Shown here: one piece after another, positions 1-6,912 of the stretch
How the letters are laid out: each line of letters opens with the position of its first letter
Numbering within the stretch: position 1 is the first letter of the stretch
Assembly (NCBI RefSeq): GCF_034497705.1
Contig: NZ_JAXRUV010000004.1
Location: 138,958 to 170,957 of the forward strand
DNA from: Marinococcus luteus
GTDB taxonomy: Bacteria > Bacillota > Bacilli > Bacillales > Marinococcaceae
DNA: 32,000 nucleotides
Direction of reading: 5' to 3'
Program-made: the position numbers and the translations under genes
Notes under the pieces: generated by a model
What the model was told of the DNA's origin: nothing
Seen by the model: the letters and a program-made list of their open reading frames with translations, nothing else
The model's database searches: none

Positions 1-1
1 T

Positions 2-184
2 GAAGATATGGGCCTCCACCGGATTGAAGCCCGGTGTTTTACCGAAAATACAGCATCCGCCAAGGTGATGGAAAAGGTCGGCATGGTGCATGAAGGCACA
101 CTGCGCCGCTCGCTGTTGATTCAAGGGGTACGGCGGGATGTGATGATTTACGCTATTTTAAAAACAGAATGGAAAAGCTATTAA
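2..184 (+). CDS. GNAT family N-acetyltransferase, C-terminal fragment (5' end lies outside the window)
   Basis: The frame is open from the window edge to TAA at 182-184. The translation EDMGLHRIEARCFTENTASAKVMEKVGMVHEGTLRRSLLIQGVRRDVMIYAILKTEWKSY looks like the C-terminal part of RimJ/RimL-type acetyltransferases. A hairpin terminator follows immediately. Confidence 0.6.
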   Translation, partial: EDMGLHRIEARCFTENTASAKVMEKVGMVHEGTLRRSLLIQGVRRDVMIYAILKTEWKSY

Positions 185-213
185 AAAAACAGCCGACAAT
201 GCGGCTGTTTTTT
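183..213. terminator. Bidirectional rho-independent terminator shared by the convergent GNAT fragment and dagK
   Basis: A 7-bp stem pairs ACAGCCG (189-195) with CGGCTGT (202-208) around a 6-nt loop. It is flanked by an A-run (183-189) and a T-run (208-213). The dagK stop codon at 212-214 abuts it. Confidence 0.65.
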
Positions 214-1099
214 ATGGGCAGAACAGTTCGATATGCTGGTACAAATTTTCAAACGTCGCCGGCAGATGGCCGCCGTATTCCCCGTCAAGATTCAGCTGCA
301 TGTCTTCTTTAGCCTCTATACGCAGCTGTTTTGCTTTAAAGTATTTAATTTTAGGATTTTCCAGATGCCTTCCTCGCAAAGCCTGACGTAGCAGCTGGCT
401 GAATTCAAACATCGTCATTTTCTGTACAATCAGCACATCAAAATAACCGTCATTGTACTCTGCCTGGGGAAGAAGTTTTTCAAAACCACCGACGGAGTTA
501 GTGTTGGATACGAGAAACATTGTAATTTCTTCCTCGAGAAGCTTTCCATCGTATTCAACAGTGGCCATCTGCGGATGCAGGGACCAGAATTTTTCAAACC
601 CTTTAATGAAATAGGCGGCCTGCCCCAGTGCCGTTTTCAGCCCTTTCGGGGTGTCATAGGTAAGCTCCGTCAGCTTCCCTCCCGCAGCAATATTAATAAA
701 GTACGATCCGTTCGCCTTTCCTATATCAATGACCTGGGTGCGTCCGCGCGCAAATACGTCGCAGACCTCTTTAATTTCTTTTCCCTGCAGTCCGAGAGCC
801 CGGGCAAAATCATTCGTCGTTCCGGCAGGGATAAGTCCTACTCTGGGGCGCCACTCCTGTTCAGCGATCCCATTAATGACCTCAAAAATAGTTCCATCTC
901 CACCTGCGGCAATTACGGCTTCGAACCCATCCTTTGAGGCGCGCCGTGCCTCCTCCCGGGCGTCCCCCTCCCCACGGGTCATAAAGGCCGACGTTTCGTA
1001 ACCTGCCTGCTCCATCCGGTCTAATATATAAGGCACCTGCCGCTCCATCTGCTCTCTTCCAGACGTTGGATTGTAAATTACTCTCGCTCGTTTTCGCAT
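212..1099 (-). CDS. dagK: Diacylglycerol kinase (DagK/YerQ family lipid kinase)
   Basis: 295 aa. The N-terminus MRKRARVIYNPTSGRE and the GGDGT motif (AAGGDGTIFEVING) are typical of the DagK/LCB5 kinase family. Its position relative to gatCAB matches B. subtilis yerQ. Confidence 0.9.
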   Translation of the reverse strand: MRKRARVIYNPTSGREQMERQVPYILDRMEQAGYETSAFMTRGEGDAREEARRASKDGFEAVIAAGGDGTIFEVINGIAEQEWRPRVGLIPAGTTNDFARALGLQGKEIKEVCDVFARGRTQVIDIGKANGSYFINIAAGGKLTELTYDTPKGLKTALGQAAYFIKGFEKFWSLHPQMATVEYDGKLLEEEITMFLVSNTNSVGGFEKLLPQAEYNDGYFDVLIVQKMTMFEFSQLLRQALRGRHLENPKIKYFKAKQLRIEAKEDMQLNLDGEYGGHLPATFENLYQHIELFCP

Positions 1100-1215
1100 A
1101 TTATAACCCCTATTACATCGAAGATTTCAATTCATTTGGCTAATATATAAAAGAACTATCTTTGTCTCTCATTGTTACATGCGTTACTAATTAATTGTAT
1201 ACTATTGTTAATTCA

Positions 1216-2151
1216 TTAAACAGTAGCAGCTGTGGGGTCGATATTTTTTGGCTTAAAATTGGAATATTGCGCAAAGGTAGCCCTTTGAAATCGCAGGTAA
1301 TTTTCTTCTATAAAATCATAAAACATCTTTTGCCCTTTATCTTTCAGGATAAACATAGCTTTTTCCATAGATCGTAAAGCGTTCGCGTATTCGCCCATAT
1401 AAAATAAAGCTACACCCTTTTGGTAATAAAGTTCACCTAACAGATACACTGATTCTATGTCGTATATATATTTTACTCCTTCATTTGCGACTTCCAGGCT
1501 TTTTTCAAACTGCATGGCTTTGGAGTATACAATGCACAAATTCATATAAATTTTTGTTTTGGAAGTATCCCATTGCGCTACAGGAAGTTTTGTATAAAGA
1601 GCAAGAGCCTCATTAAAATAATAAATGGCGTCTTTATACTCGTTCATATCCATATATACTGTACCAATATTTATATATATACCAATATCTTCTTCTGTAA
1701 TGCTTAAAGAACCTGTATCCACATCCAGGGCCAACTGTAATAATTCCAGGGATTCTTCTTTTTCAAGTGTTAATTTAGAGTGGCAGGCGGCTCTTTTCCA
1801 TAACAAAAATTTAAGATGGACAGGCTTTCGAAATAGTGGATTTTTTAATTCTTGTCTAATGATTTTCATTGCTTCTTCTAATTCATATATACGTACCAGT
1901 TTATCAATTTTATCCTTAGTCTCCTGTATATAGTTAAATCGTGGAGCTTCATGATCTTCAAAAAAATAACTAATCTTCACTCCTAGTTTTATTGCCATTT
2001 GATGGAGTATATCTGCGGTCGGCTGTATTTCTCCCCGTTCAATTTTGGAGACAGCTCTTTGAGAACAAATACTTTCAGCTAGTTCTCTTTGACTTACTTC
2101 GTAGTACTGTCTTAAATCTTTTAATTTTTTCCCGACATTTGAATCTTCCAT
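1216..2151 (-). CDS. XRE-family HTH transcriptional regulator with C-terminal TPR-like peptide-sensor domain (RNPP / Rgg / PlcR-like)
   Basis: 311 aa. The N-terminal segment VGKKLKDLRQYYEVSQRELAESICSQRAVSKIERGEIQPTADILHQMAIKLGVKISYFF is a canonical Cro/C1-XRE HTH. The remainder is helical-repeat-like with TPR-style pairs (EYKDAIYYFNEALALY, MQFEKSLEVANEGVKY, GEYANALRSMEKAM). The size is comparable to PlcR and Rgg. The SD AAAGGTGG lies 4-5 nt before the ATG. Confidence 0.8.
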   Translation of the reverse strand: MEDSNVGKKLKDLRQYYEVSQRELAESICSQRAVSKIERGEIQPTADILHQMAIKLGVKISYFFEDHEAPRFNYIQETKDKIDKLVRIYELEEAMKIIRQELKNPLFRKPVHLKFLLWKRAACHSKLTLEKEESLELLQLALDVDTGSLSITEEDIGIYINIGTVYMDMNEYKDAIYYFNEALALYTKLPVAQWDTSKTKIYMNLCIVYSKAMQFEKSLEVANEGVKYIYDIESVYLLGELYYQKGVALFYMGEYANALRSMEKAMFILKDKGQKMFYDFIEENYLRFQRATFAQYSNFKPKNIDPTAATV

Positions 2152-2165
2152 ACAACCACCTTTTA

Positions 2166-2179
2166 AGAACTATAGTTCT
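2166..2179. promoter_or_regulatory. Perfect 14-bp palindrome AGAACTATAGTTCT between the predicted regulator promoter and its SD (candidate operator or 5'-UTR hairpin)
   Basis: Read directly from the sequence. It is self-complementary over all 14 nt and lies 15-28 nt upstream of the regulator ATG (2151). Confidence 0.4.
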
Positions 2180-2190
2180 AGTCACTTTAG

Positions 2191-2199
2191 ATTTTACCA
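2191..2199 (-). promoter_or_regulatory. Candidate extended -10 promoter (TGgTAAAAT) for the regulator gene
   Basis: The minus strand reads TGGTAAAAT. There is no good -35. A start site here would place the 14-bp palindrome just downstream of it. Confidence 0.3.
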
Positions 2200-2267
2200 C
2201 AATTCTAGAGCTTTCACCTAATTATTGGGCAATGAATGCATTAGAAGCCCAAAGATATTTATATACG

Positions 2268-2287
2268 TATATGTCATAATGCATATA
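2268..2287. promoter_or_regulatory. Inverted repeat TATATG-N8-CATATA (PlcR-box-like spacing) upstream of the mini-ORF
   Basis: The 6-bp arms are perfectly complementary. The inner 16 nt TATGTCATAATGCATA match 9 of the 10 specified positions of the recalled PlcR box TATGNAN4TNCATA. The repeat ends 3 nt before a -10-like AATAAT (2291-2296). It overlaps a second palindrome, ATATACGTATAT (2261-2272). Confidence 0.35.
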
Positions 2288-2327
2288 GAAAATAATTACA
2301 AAGTTTCTTGTAGGAGGGTTGTTTTCA

Positions 2328-2432
2328 GTGAAAGCTAATTTGATTAAATTGACTGTAGCTATAGGGTTAGTAACAACGGCTGGTGCTGCTGGCGATTTCC
2401 AGTTACTAGTTAACTTGCCGGGAATAATGTAA
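2328..2432 (+). CDS. Unannotated 34-aa ORF: putative secreted signalling pro-peptide MKANLIKLTVAIGLVTTAGAAGDFQLLVNLPGIM
   Basis: GTG start at 2328, preceded by AGGAGG(G) at 2312-2318 with a 9-10 nt spacer. TAA stop at 2430-2432. It is divergent from the XRE-TPR regulator and followed by its own terminator. It is too short to appear in the supplied ORF track. Confidence 0.55.
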   Translation: MKANLIKLTVAIGLVTTAGAAGDFQLLVNLPGIM

Positions 2433-2514
2433 TTATTTTTAAATAATTGTAAACCGTCACCCTCGACACACGTTTCACACCATTAACCAAGCTTACCCCT
2501 GTTATATTTTTTGT

Positions 2515-2551
2515 ATCCCTTGCAGTTTAGCTGGCAGGGGATTCTTTTTTT
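2515..2551 (+). terminator. Rho-independent terminator downstream of the mini-ORF
   Basis: A 9-bp stem pairs ATCCCTTGC (2515-2523) with GCAGGGGAT (2534-2542), including one G.U pair on the plus-strand RNA. The loop is 10 nt, followed by TTC and T7 (2545-2551). Confidence 0.65.
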
Positions 2552-2591
2552 ACTTACTTTCCAAACATTTATCTACATAGGAGGAGTGGCC

Positions 2592-2903
2592 ATGCATCCG
2601 GATCAATACATTGCTTACTTTGTAGATCAGTTTTTGTACCAGCTGGATCGTGCGGACGACCCGGCCGAGCTCTGCAAGCTCCGCGATCAGGTGTTTGAAC
2701 AAGTCGCCCTTATCGGCGCCCGTATCCCTTATATTGAAATGATGGGCGCCATCTGGCACAAACACCCTGCCATCCTTCAGGAAGCACTCGAGAAAGAGCC
2801 TGTCTGTTATGGTCTTTTAGTTGATACGTTTCAGTACATTTCTTCGAATCAGTTTGTGTATATGCGCTGGCGGCTGAACGAATGGGCCAGGCTTTCTGCG
2901 TGA
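2592..2903 (+). CDS. Hypothetical protein (103 aa, predicted helical, no family recognised)
   Basis: ATG at 2592 is preceded by TAGGAGGAGTGG. The longer ORF-track start (2511) would run through the terminator hairpin. Composition is close to the core genes. Translation begins MHPDQYIAYFVDQFLYQLDRADDPAEL. Confidence 0.6.
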   Translation: MHPDQYIAYFVDQFLYQLDRADDPAELCKLRDQVFEQVALIGARIPYIEMMGAIWHKHPAILQEALEKEPVCYGLLVDTFQYISSNQFVYMRWRLNEWARLSA

Positions 2904-2943
2904 ACAGAAAATAGGTTATATTCGGCAAAATATCGGGAAAATA

Positions 2944-2968
2944 CCCTCCACCTATAGTTTACGGAGGG
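2944..2968 (+). promoter_or_regulatory. Hairpin pairing CCCTCC (2944-2949) with the GNAT Shine-Dalgarno GGAGGG (2963-2968)
   Basis: A 6-bp all-GC/AT stem with a 13-nt loop. The 3' arm is the only SD for the ATG at 2977. No T-tract follows, so it is not a terminator. Confidence 0.3.
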
Positions 2969-2976
2969 GATAAAAA

Positions 2977-3564
2977 ATGGCTGATTTTACCGTGGATTCC
3001 CAGATATACCTTCGCCCGTTTAAAGATAAGGACGCTGCCGATTATCTGCAGCTGGTGGAGGATAATCGTTCATACCTGCGTCATTGGCTTCCCTGGGTGG
3101 ATAAGACACGCGAGCTGCGTGACGTACTCCGTTTTTTTGAATACCGGGCCAAGCTTGCCCGCCGCGGCACCTCTTACACGTTTGGTATCTGGTACGAAGG
3201 CAGGCTCGCCGGTGCGATCAGCTTCAACCATGTGTACCGACTGACCCGGCGCACCGTTATTGGCTACTGGCTCGCCGCCCCCTTTCAGGGCAAAGGCATT
3301 ATGACCCGGGCGGTACAGACATTGACTGATTATGCCTTTCGGGATATTCATCTTAGGCGTGTGGATATTTGCGTTGCTCCGGATAATCGGCCCAGCCGTT
3401 CAATTCCGGAACGGCTCGGCTTTGAAAAATATAAGTATGTGCGTAATGCCGAATGGCTGTACGACCATTATGTCGATCACGTTGTCTATACGATGCGTTC
3501 GCGCTTCTGGCTGCCAGCTATTCTTGGTCCCGGCATGGAGCATACAAAAACCCCGCAGTTTTAA
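2977..3564 (+). CDS. GNAT N-acetyltransferase, RimJ/RimL (ribosomal-protein-serine acetyltransferase-like) family
   Basis: 195 aa. The YLRPFKDKDAADYLQLV opening, the WLPW motif, and the acetyl-CoA motif A region WLAAPFQGKGIMTRAVQTLTDYAF are typical of Acetyltransf_3-type GNATs. Confidence 0.85.
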   Translation: MADFTVDSQIYLRPFKDKDAADYLQLVEDNRSYLRHWLPWVDKTRELRDVLRFFEYRAKLARRGTSYTFGIWYEGRLAGAISFNHVYRLTRRTVIGYWLAAPFQGKGIMTRAVQTLTDYAFRDIHLRRVDICVAPDNRPSRSIPERLGFEKYKYVRNAEWLYDHYVDHVVYTMRSRFWLPAILGPGMEHTKTPQF

Positions 3565-3579
3565 CGCTGCGGGGTTTTT
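3546..3579. terminator. Bidirectional rho-independent terminator between the convergent GNAT and gatB
   Basis: An 8-bp GC-rich stem pairs CCCCGCAG (3551-3558) with CTGCGGGG (3567-3574). A5 lies upstream and T5 downstream. The GNAT stop codon sits in the loop. Confidence 0.8.
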
Positions 3580-3583
3580 CGTA

Positions 3584-5020
3584 TTAGCGCTGTTCCATGC
3601 CTTTAAGAATTAAAGAGTTTACCATCTGAGGGTTGGCTTTCCCTTTCGTTTCCTTCATCACCTGGCCGACTAGGAAGCCGAGCGCTTTGTCTTTTCCATT
3701 TTTGTAGTCTTCGATCGATTGCGGGTTATTGTCCAATATGCCGTCAACTACCTGCTTAAGCTCTCCTTCATCAGAGATCTGCATAAGTCCTTTATCTTTT
3801 ACGATCTGCTCCGGATCGCCGCCCTGCTCCATTACATCTGCAAAAACCTGCTTCGCAATTTTGCTTGAAATAGTGCCTTTTTCAATGAGTTCAATCAGCT
3901 TGGCAAGCGACTCCGGCGTGAGAGCCGTCTCGTCGATATCCATATCGTTGTTGTTTAAATAGCCGCTTACCTCGCCCATCAGCCAGTTGGCTGTAAGCTT
4001 GCTGTCCGCTCCGGCATCAACAGTTTCCTGGAAAAAGTCTGCGATTGCCTTGGACTGCACCAATACCGAGGCGTCGTATTCGGAAAGTTCGAAGTCCTCG
4101 ATATAACGCTTCTTCCGTGCATCCGGAAGTTCCGGAATGGAAGACATGATCCGTGATTTCCAGTCTTCGTCGATATAGTACGTGACCAGGTCCGGTTCCG
4201 GGAAGTAGCGGTAATCGTCCGAGCCTTCTTTGATACGCATCAGAATTGTTTCTTTTTTCGCGTCATCCCACCGGCGCGTTTCCTGCAGTACTTCCCCGCC
4301 CGAAAGCAGTTCTTTTTCCTGACGTTCTTCTTCAAATGCCAGTCCTTTTTGCACATTCGTAAATGAGTTCAAGTTTTTCAGCTCAGTTTTCGTGCCAAAT
4401 TCCTCCTGGCCTGCCGGACGGATGGAAATGTTCGCATCACAACGGAGCGACCCTTCTTCCATTTTGCAGTCGGAAACGTCAGTATACTGCAGAATCGCTT
4501 TTAGTTTTTCCAAATAAGCGTAGCCTTCCTCGGGAGTCGTAATATCCGGCTCTGACACAATTTCAATCAGCGGTGTGCCAACACGGTTAAAGTCAACCAG
4601 AGAGTGGCCTCCGTCTTCGTCGTGCGTGAGTTTTCCGGCATCTTCTTCCATATGAATGCGGGTAATACCTATACGCTTCGGTCCGTTTTCTTCTGTTTCA
4701 ATGTCAATCCACCCGTTTTCTCCAATTGGCTGGTCAAACTGGGAAATTTGATAAGCCTTTGGATTGTCGGGATAAAAGTAGTTTTTCCGGTCGAATTTCG
4801 TTTCTGGGGCAATCTCGCAGTTCATTGCAAGCGCTGCTTTCATGGCATAGTTGACCGCCTGCTCATTCAAAACCGGAAGCACTCCCGGATGGCCCAGGCA
4901 GACCGGGCACGTATGCGTATTCGGAGGAGCACCAAATTCGGTTGAGCAGTTGCAGAAAATCTTTGTATTTGTTTTTAACTCTGCATGGACTTCGAGTCCA
5001 ATGATTGTTTCAAAGTTCAT
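3584..5020 (-). CDS. gatB: Asp-tRNA(Asn)/Glu-tRNA(Gln) amidotransferase subunit B
   Basis: The start is set at [17 protein letters not shown] (ATG at 5020), with SD GGGGAGGAA 8 nt upstream. The ORF-track extension to 5116 overlaps gatA. The sequence is characteristic of GatB throughout. Confidence 0.95.
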   Translation of the reverse strand: MNFETIIGLEVHAELKTNTKIFCNCSTEFGAPPNTHTCPVCLGHPGVLPVLNEQAVNYAMKAALAMNCEIAPETKFDRKNYFYPDNPKAYQISQFDQPIGENGWIDIETEENGPKRIGITRIHMEEDAGKLTHDEDGGHSLVDFNRVGTPLIEIVSEPDITTPEEGYAYLEKLKAILQYTDVSDCKMEEGSLRCDANISIRPAGQEEFGTKTELKNLNSFTNVQKGLAFEEERQEKELLSGGEVLQETRRWDDAKKETILMRIKEGSDDYRYFPEPDLVTYYIDEDWKSRIMSSIPELPDARKKRYIEDFELSEYDASVLVQSKAIADFFQETVDAGADSKLTANWLMGEVSGYLNNNDMDIDETALTPESLAKLIELIEKGTISSKIAKQVFADVMEQGGDPEQIVKDKGLMQISDEGELKQVVDGILDNNPQSIEDYKNGKDKALGFLVGQVMKETKGKANPQMVNSLILKGMEQR

Positions 5021-5036
5021 GGTCCTGGTTCCTCCC

Positions 5037-6494
5037 CTATAATTCCGGTCTGGCTTTATGGTGTTCAGTTGCCTGTTCAAAGGCGTGGGCAACTGTATAG
5101 ATCGTTTCTTCAGCAAATGGCTTGGCTATAATCTGCAGACCGACCGGCATATTGTCCGAGAAGCCGCACGGCACGGAAATCGCCGGAATACCAGCCAGGT
5201 TTACCGGAATGGTTAGAATGTCGTTGGCGTACATCGTGAGCGGGTCATCAAGCTGCTCCCCGAGCTTAAACGCAGTGGTCGGTGCTGTCGGTCCGACGAT
5301 GACGTCATAGTCGGCAAACACCTTTTCGAAGTCCCGGCGGATCAGCGTCCGCACCTGCTGGGCCTTCTTGTAATAAGCATCGTAATATCCGGCGCTCAAA
5401 GCAAAGGTTCCAAGCATAATCCGACGCTTCACTTCTTCGCCGAATCCTTTGCTGCGGGTTTCTTTGTACATTTCCACCAGATCCTTCGCGTTTTCATCGC
5501 GAACACCGTAGCGGACACCGTCAAAGCGGGCCAGGTTGGCTGAAGCCTCTGAAGAAGCAATTAAATAATATGCAGCGACTGCGTATTTTGAATGAGGAAG
5601 GGAAACTTCTTCCCACACTGCCCCCTGGCCCTCCAGTACCTTCAGTGCTTCAAGCACCCGCTGTTTAACGCCTTCATCCACGCCTTCCCCGATGTATTCG
5701 GCCGGCACACCAATTTTCAGGCCTTTAACATCTTTGCCGAGTGCTTCCAGATAATTTGGTACCTGTACATCTGCGGAGGTCGAATCGTTTTCCGAATGAC
5801 CGGCAATCTGCTGCAGGACGTAAGCATTATCTTCAACCGAACGGGTAAGCGGTCCGATCTGATCCAGGGAAGAAGCAAAAGCCACAAGACCGTACCGTGA
5901 TACGCGTCCGTAGGTAGGCTTTAAGCCAACAACTCCACAGTAGGAGGCAGGCTGGCGAATGGAGCCTCCTGTATCAGAACCTAACGAAAACAGCACTTCG
6001 CCGGCTGCCACTGAGGCTGCCGAACCGCCGCTTGAACCCCCTGGAACATACTCGGTGTTCCACGGGTTTCTCGTTTCCTGCACGCCGGAGTTTTCCGTTG
6101 AGGAACCCATGGCGAATTCGTCCATGTTCAGCTTCCCGACGGTTACCGTTTCTGCCTCGTCCAGTTTATCCATCACAGTCGCGTTATGGACCGGATCGAA
6201 ATTTGCAAGCAGCTGGCTCGCGCAGGTGGTCCGCAGATCCTGGGTGATAATATTATCTTTAATACCTGCCGGCATGCCGAACAAAAACGGCACCTCGCCG
6301 CCGTTTTGAATCTGCTTATCAAGCTTTGCAGCCTGCTCGAGGGCCCGGTCTTCGTTCAACGTTAAAAACGCTTTTACATCTGTATCTACTTCGCGAATAC
6401 GGGCAAATGAAGCTTCCACCAGCTCGGCGACAGTTACTTCCTGGTTTTTTATTTTCGTATGTAACGACGCTACACTTTCTTCCAAAATGGACAT
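5037..6494 (-). CDS. gatA: Glu-tRNA(Gln) amidotransferase subunit A
   Basis: 485 aa. It has the amidase signature region [14 protein letters not shown] and the [12 protein letters not shown] motif. It lies between gatC and gatB. Confidence 0.95.
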   Translation of the reverse strand: MSILEESVASLHTKIKNQEVTVAELVEASFARIREVDTDVKAFLTLNEDRALEQAAKLDKQIQNGGEVPFLFGMPAGIKDNIITQDLRTTCASQLLANFDPVHNATVMDKLDEAETVTVGKLNMDEFAMGSSTENSGVQETRNPWNTEYVPGGSSGGSAASVAAGEVLFSLGSDTGGSIRQPASYCGVVGLKPTYGRVSRYGLVAFASSLDQIGPLTRSVEDNAYVLQQIAGHSENDSTSADVQVPNYLEALGKDVKGLKIGVPAEYIGEGVDEGVKQRVLEALKVLEGQGAVWEEVSLPHSKYAVAAYYLIASSEASANLARFDGVRYGVRDENAKDLVEMYKETRSKGFGEEVKRRIMLGTFALSAGYYDAYYKKAQQVRTLIRRDFEKVFADYDVIVGPTAPTTAFKLGEQLDDPLTMYANDILTIPVNLAGIPAISVPCGFSDNMPVGLQIIAKPFAEETIYTVAHAFEQATEHHKARPEL

Positions 6495-6511
6495 ACGTTA
6501 TCTCCCTTCTT

Positions 6512-6802
6512 TTACTCCAGCACGGATGGTACTTTCACCTGGCCGTCTTTTTGGTCCGGAGCATTTTTTAATGCTTCCTCCCGGTCAAGCGATGGTTGAA
6601 TGGTATCTTCACGCAGTACGTTGTGAATATCGAGTACGTGGGATGTCGGCTCCACTTCAGTCGTATCAAGTTCATCGAGCTGTTCAGCAAATCCAATGAT
6701 CGCATCAAGCTCTGCGGTCAGCTTCTCTAAATCTTCATCGGACACGGAGAGGCGAGCCAAATGGGCTACGTGCTCCACGTCTTCTTTCGAAATATGTGCC
6801 AT
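6512..6802 (-). CDS. gatC: Glu-tRNA(Gln) amidotransferase subunit C
   Basis: 96 aa. The opening [42 protein letters not shown] is typical of GatC. It is the first gene of gatCAB. Confidence 0.95.
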   Translation of the reverse strand: MAHISKEDVEHVAHLARLSVSDEDLEKLTAELDAIIGFAEQLDELDTTEVEPTSHVLDIHNVLREDTIQPSLDREEALKNAPDQKDGQVKVPSVLE

Positions 6803-6856
6803 CAGTTTTTCCTCCTTTAAGTGCTTCCATCTTTCTTCTATCGTGACAATACTCTG

Positions 6857-6865
6857 ATCATATCA
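6857..6865 (-). promoter_or_regulatory. Candidate extended -10 promoter TGATATGAT for gatCAB
   Basis: The minus strand reads TTTGATATGATCAG, about 55 nt upstream of the gatC ATG and directly after the camS terminator T-tract. Confidence 0.35.
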
Positions 6866-6901
6866 AAGAAAAAGGAAAGCGGGCAACTGTGCCCACTTCC
6901 C
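6865..6901 (-). terminator. Rho-independent terminator of camS
   Basis: Minus-strand RNA reads GGGAAGUGGGCA-CAGU-UGCCCGCUUUCC, a 12-bp stem with two G.U pairs, then UUUUUCUUU. The wobble pairs become C.A mismatches on the plus strand, which supports the minus orientation. Confidence 0.75.
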
Positions 6902-6912
6902 GCGCTCACAAA

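Larger units (their letters stand above)
1100..2510. other. Low-GC islet (regulator gene plus divergent mini-ORF and flanking intergenic DNA)
   Basis: Hand counts on sample 60-nt lines inside the islet (e.g. 1621-1680, 1801-1860) give about 25-27% G+C. A sampled flanking line (5041-5100) gives 48%. The composition changes at the dagK start and again near 2510. Confidence 0.6.

Noticed and set aside
1195-2279. Plus-strand ORFs (1195-1377, 1625-1933, 1992-2279) inside the AT-rich islet.
   Set aside because: They are antisense to the well-formed XRE-TPR gene. Their translations are rich in Phe, Ile, Leu and Ser, as expected from AT-rich antisense reading. None has an SD.
1100-2510. The AT-rich islet read as a discrete mobile element (IS, integrative element or prophage remnant).
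   Set aside because: There is no transposase, integrase or recombinase, no adjacent tRNA, and no terminal inverted repeats. The only shared flank sequence I found is an 8-nt TAATTGTA, which is not significant in AT-rich DNA. Horizontal origin is still plausible from composition.
2592-3564. A small upstream protein plus GNAT read as a type II toxin-antitoxin pair (TacAT/AtaRT/KacAT-like).
   Set aside because: The GNAT has RimJ/RimL-type motifs and length rather than those of the tRNA-acetylating toxins. The 103-aa protein has no RHH/DUF1778-like N-terminus. The genes are separated by 73 bp rather than overlapping.
5021-5116. Upstream extension of gatB. Analogous extensions occur for purD (17269-17304), the adenine deaminase (15654-15677), purN (19501-19506) and the 2511 start of the hypothetical protein.
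   Set aside because: The extensions overlap the upstream gene or a terminator hairpin and lack an SD. Internal starts have canonical SD spacing and match the conserved N-termini.
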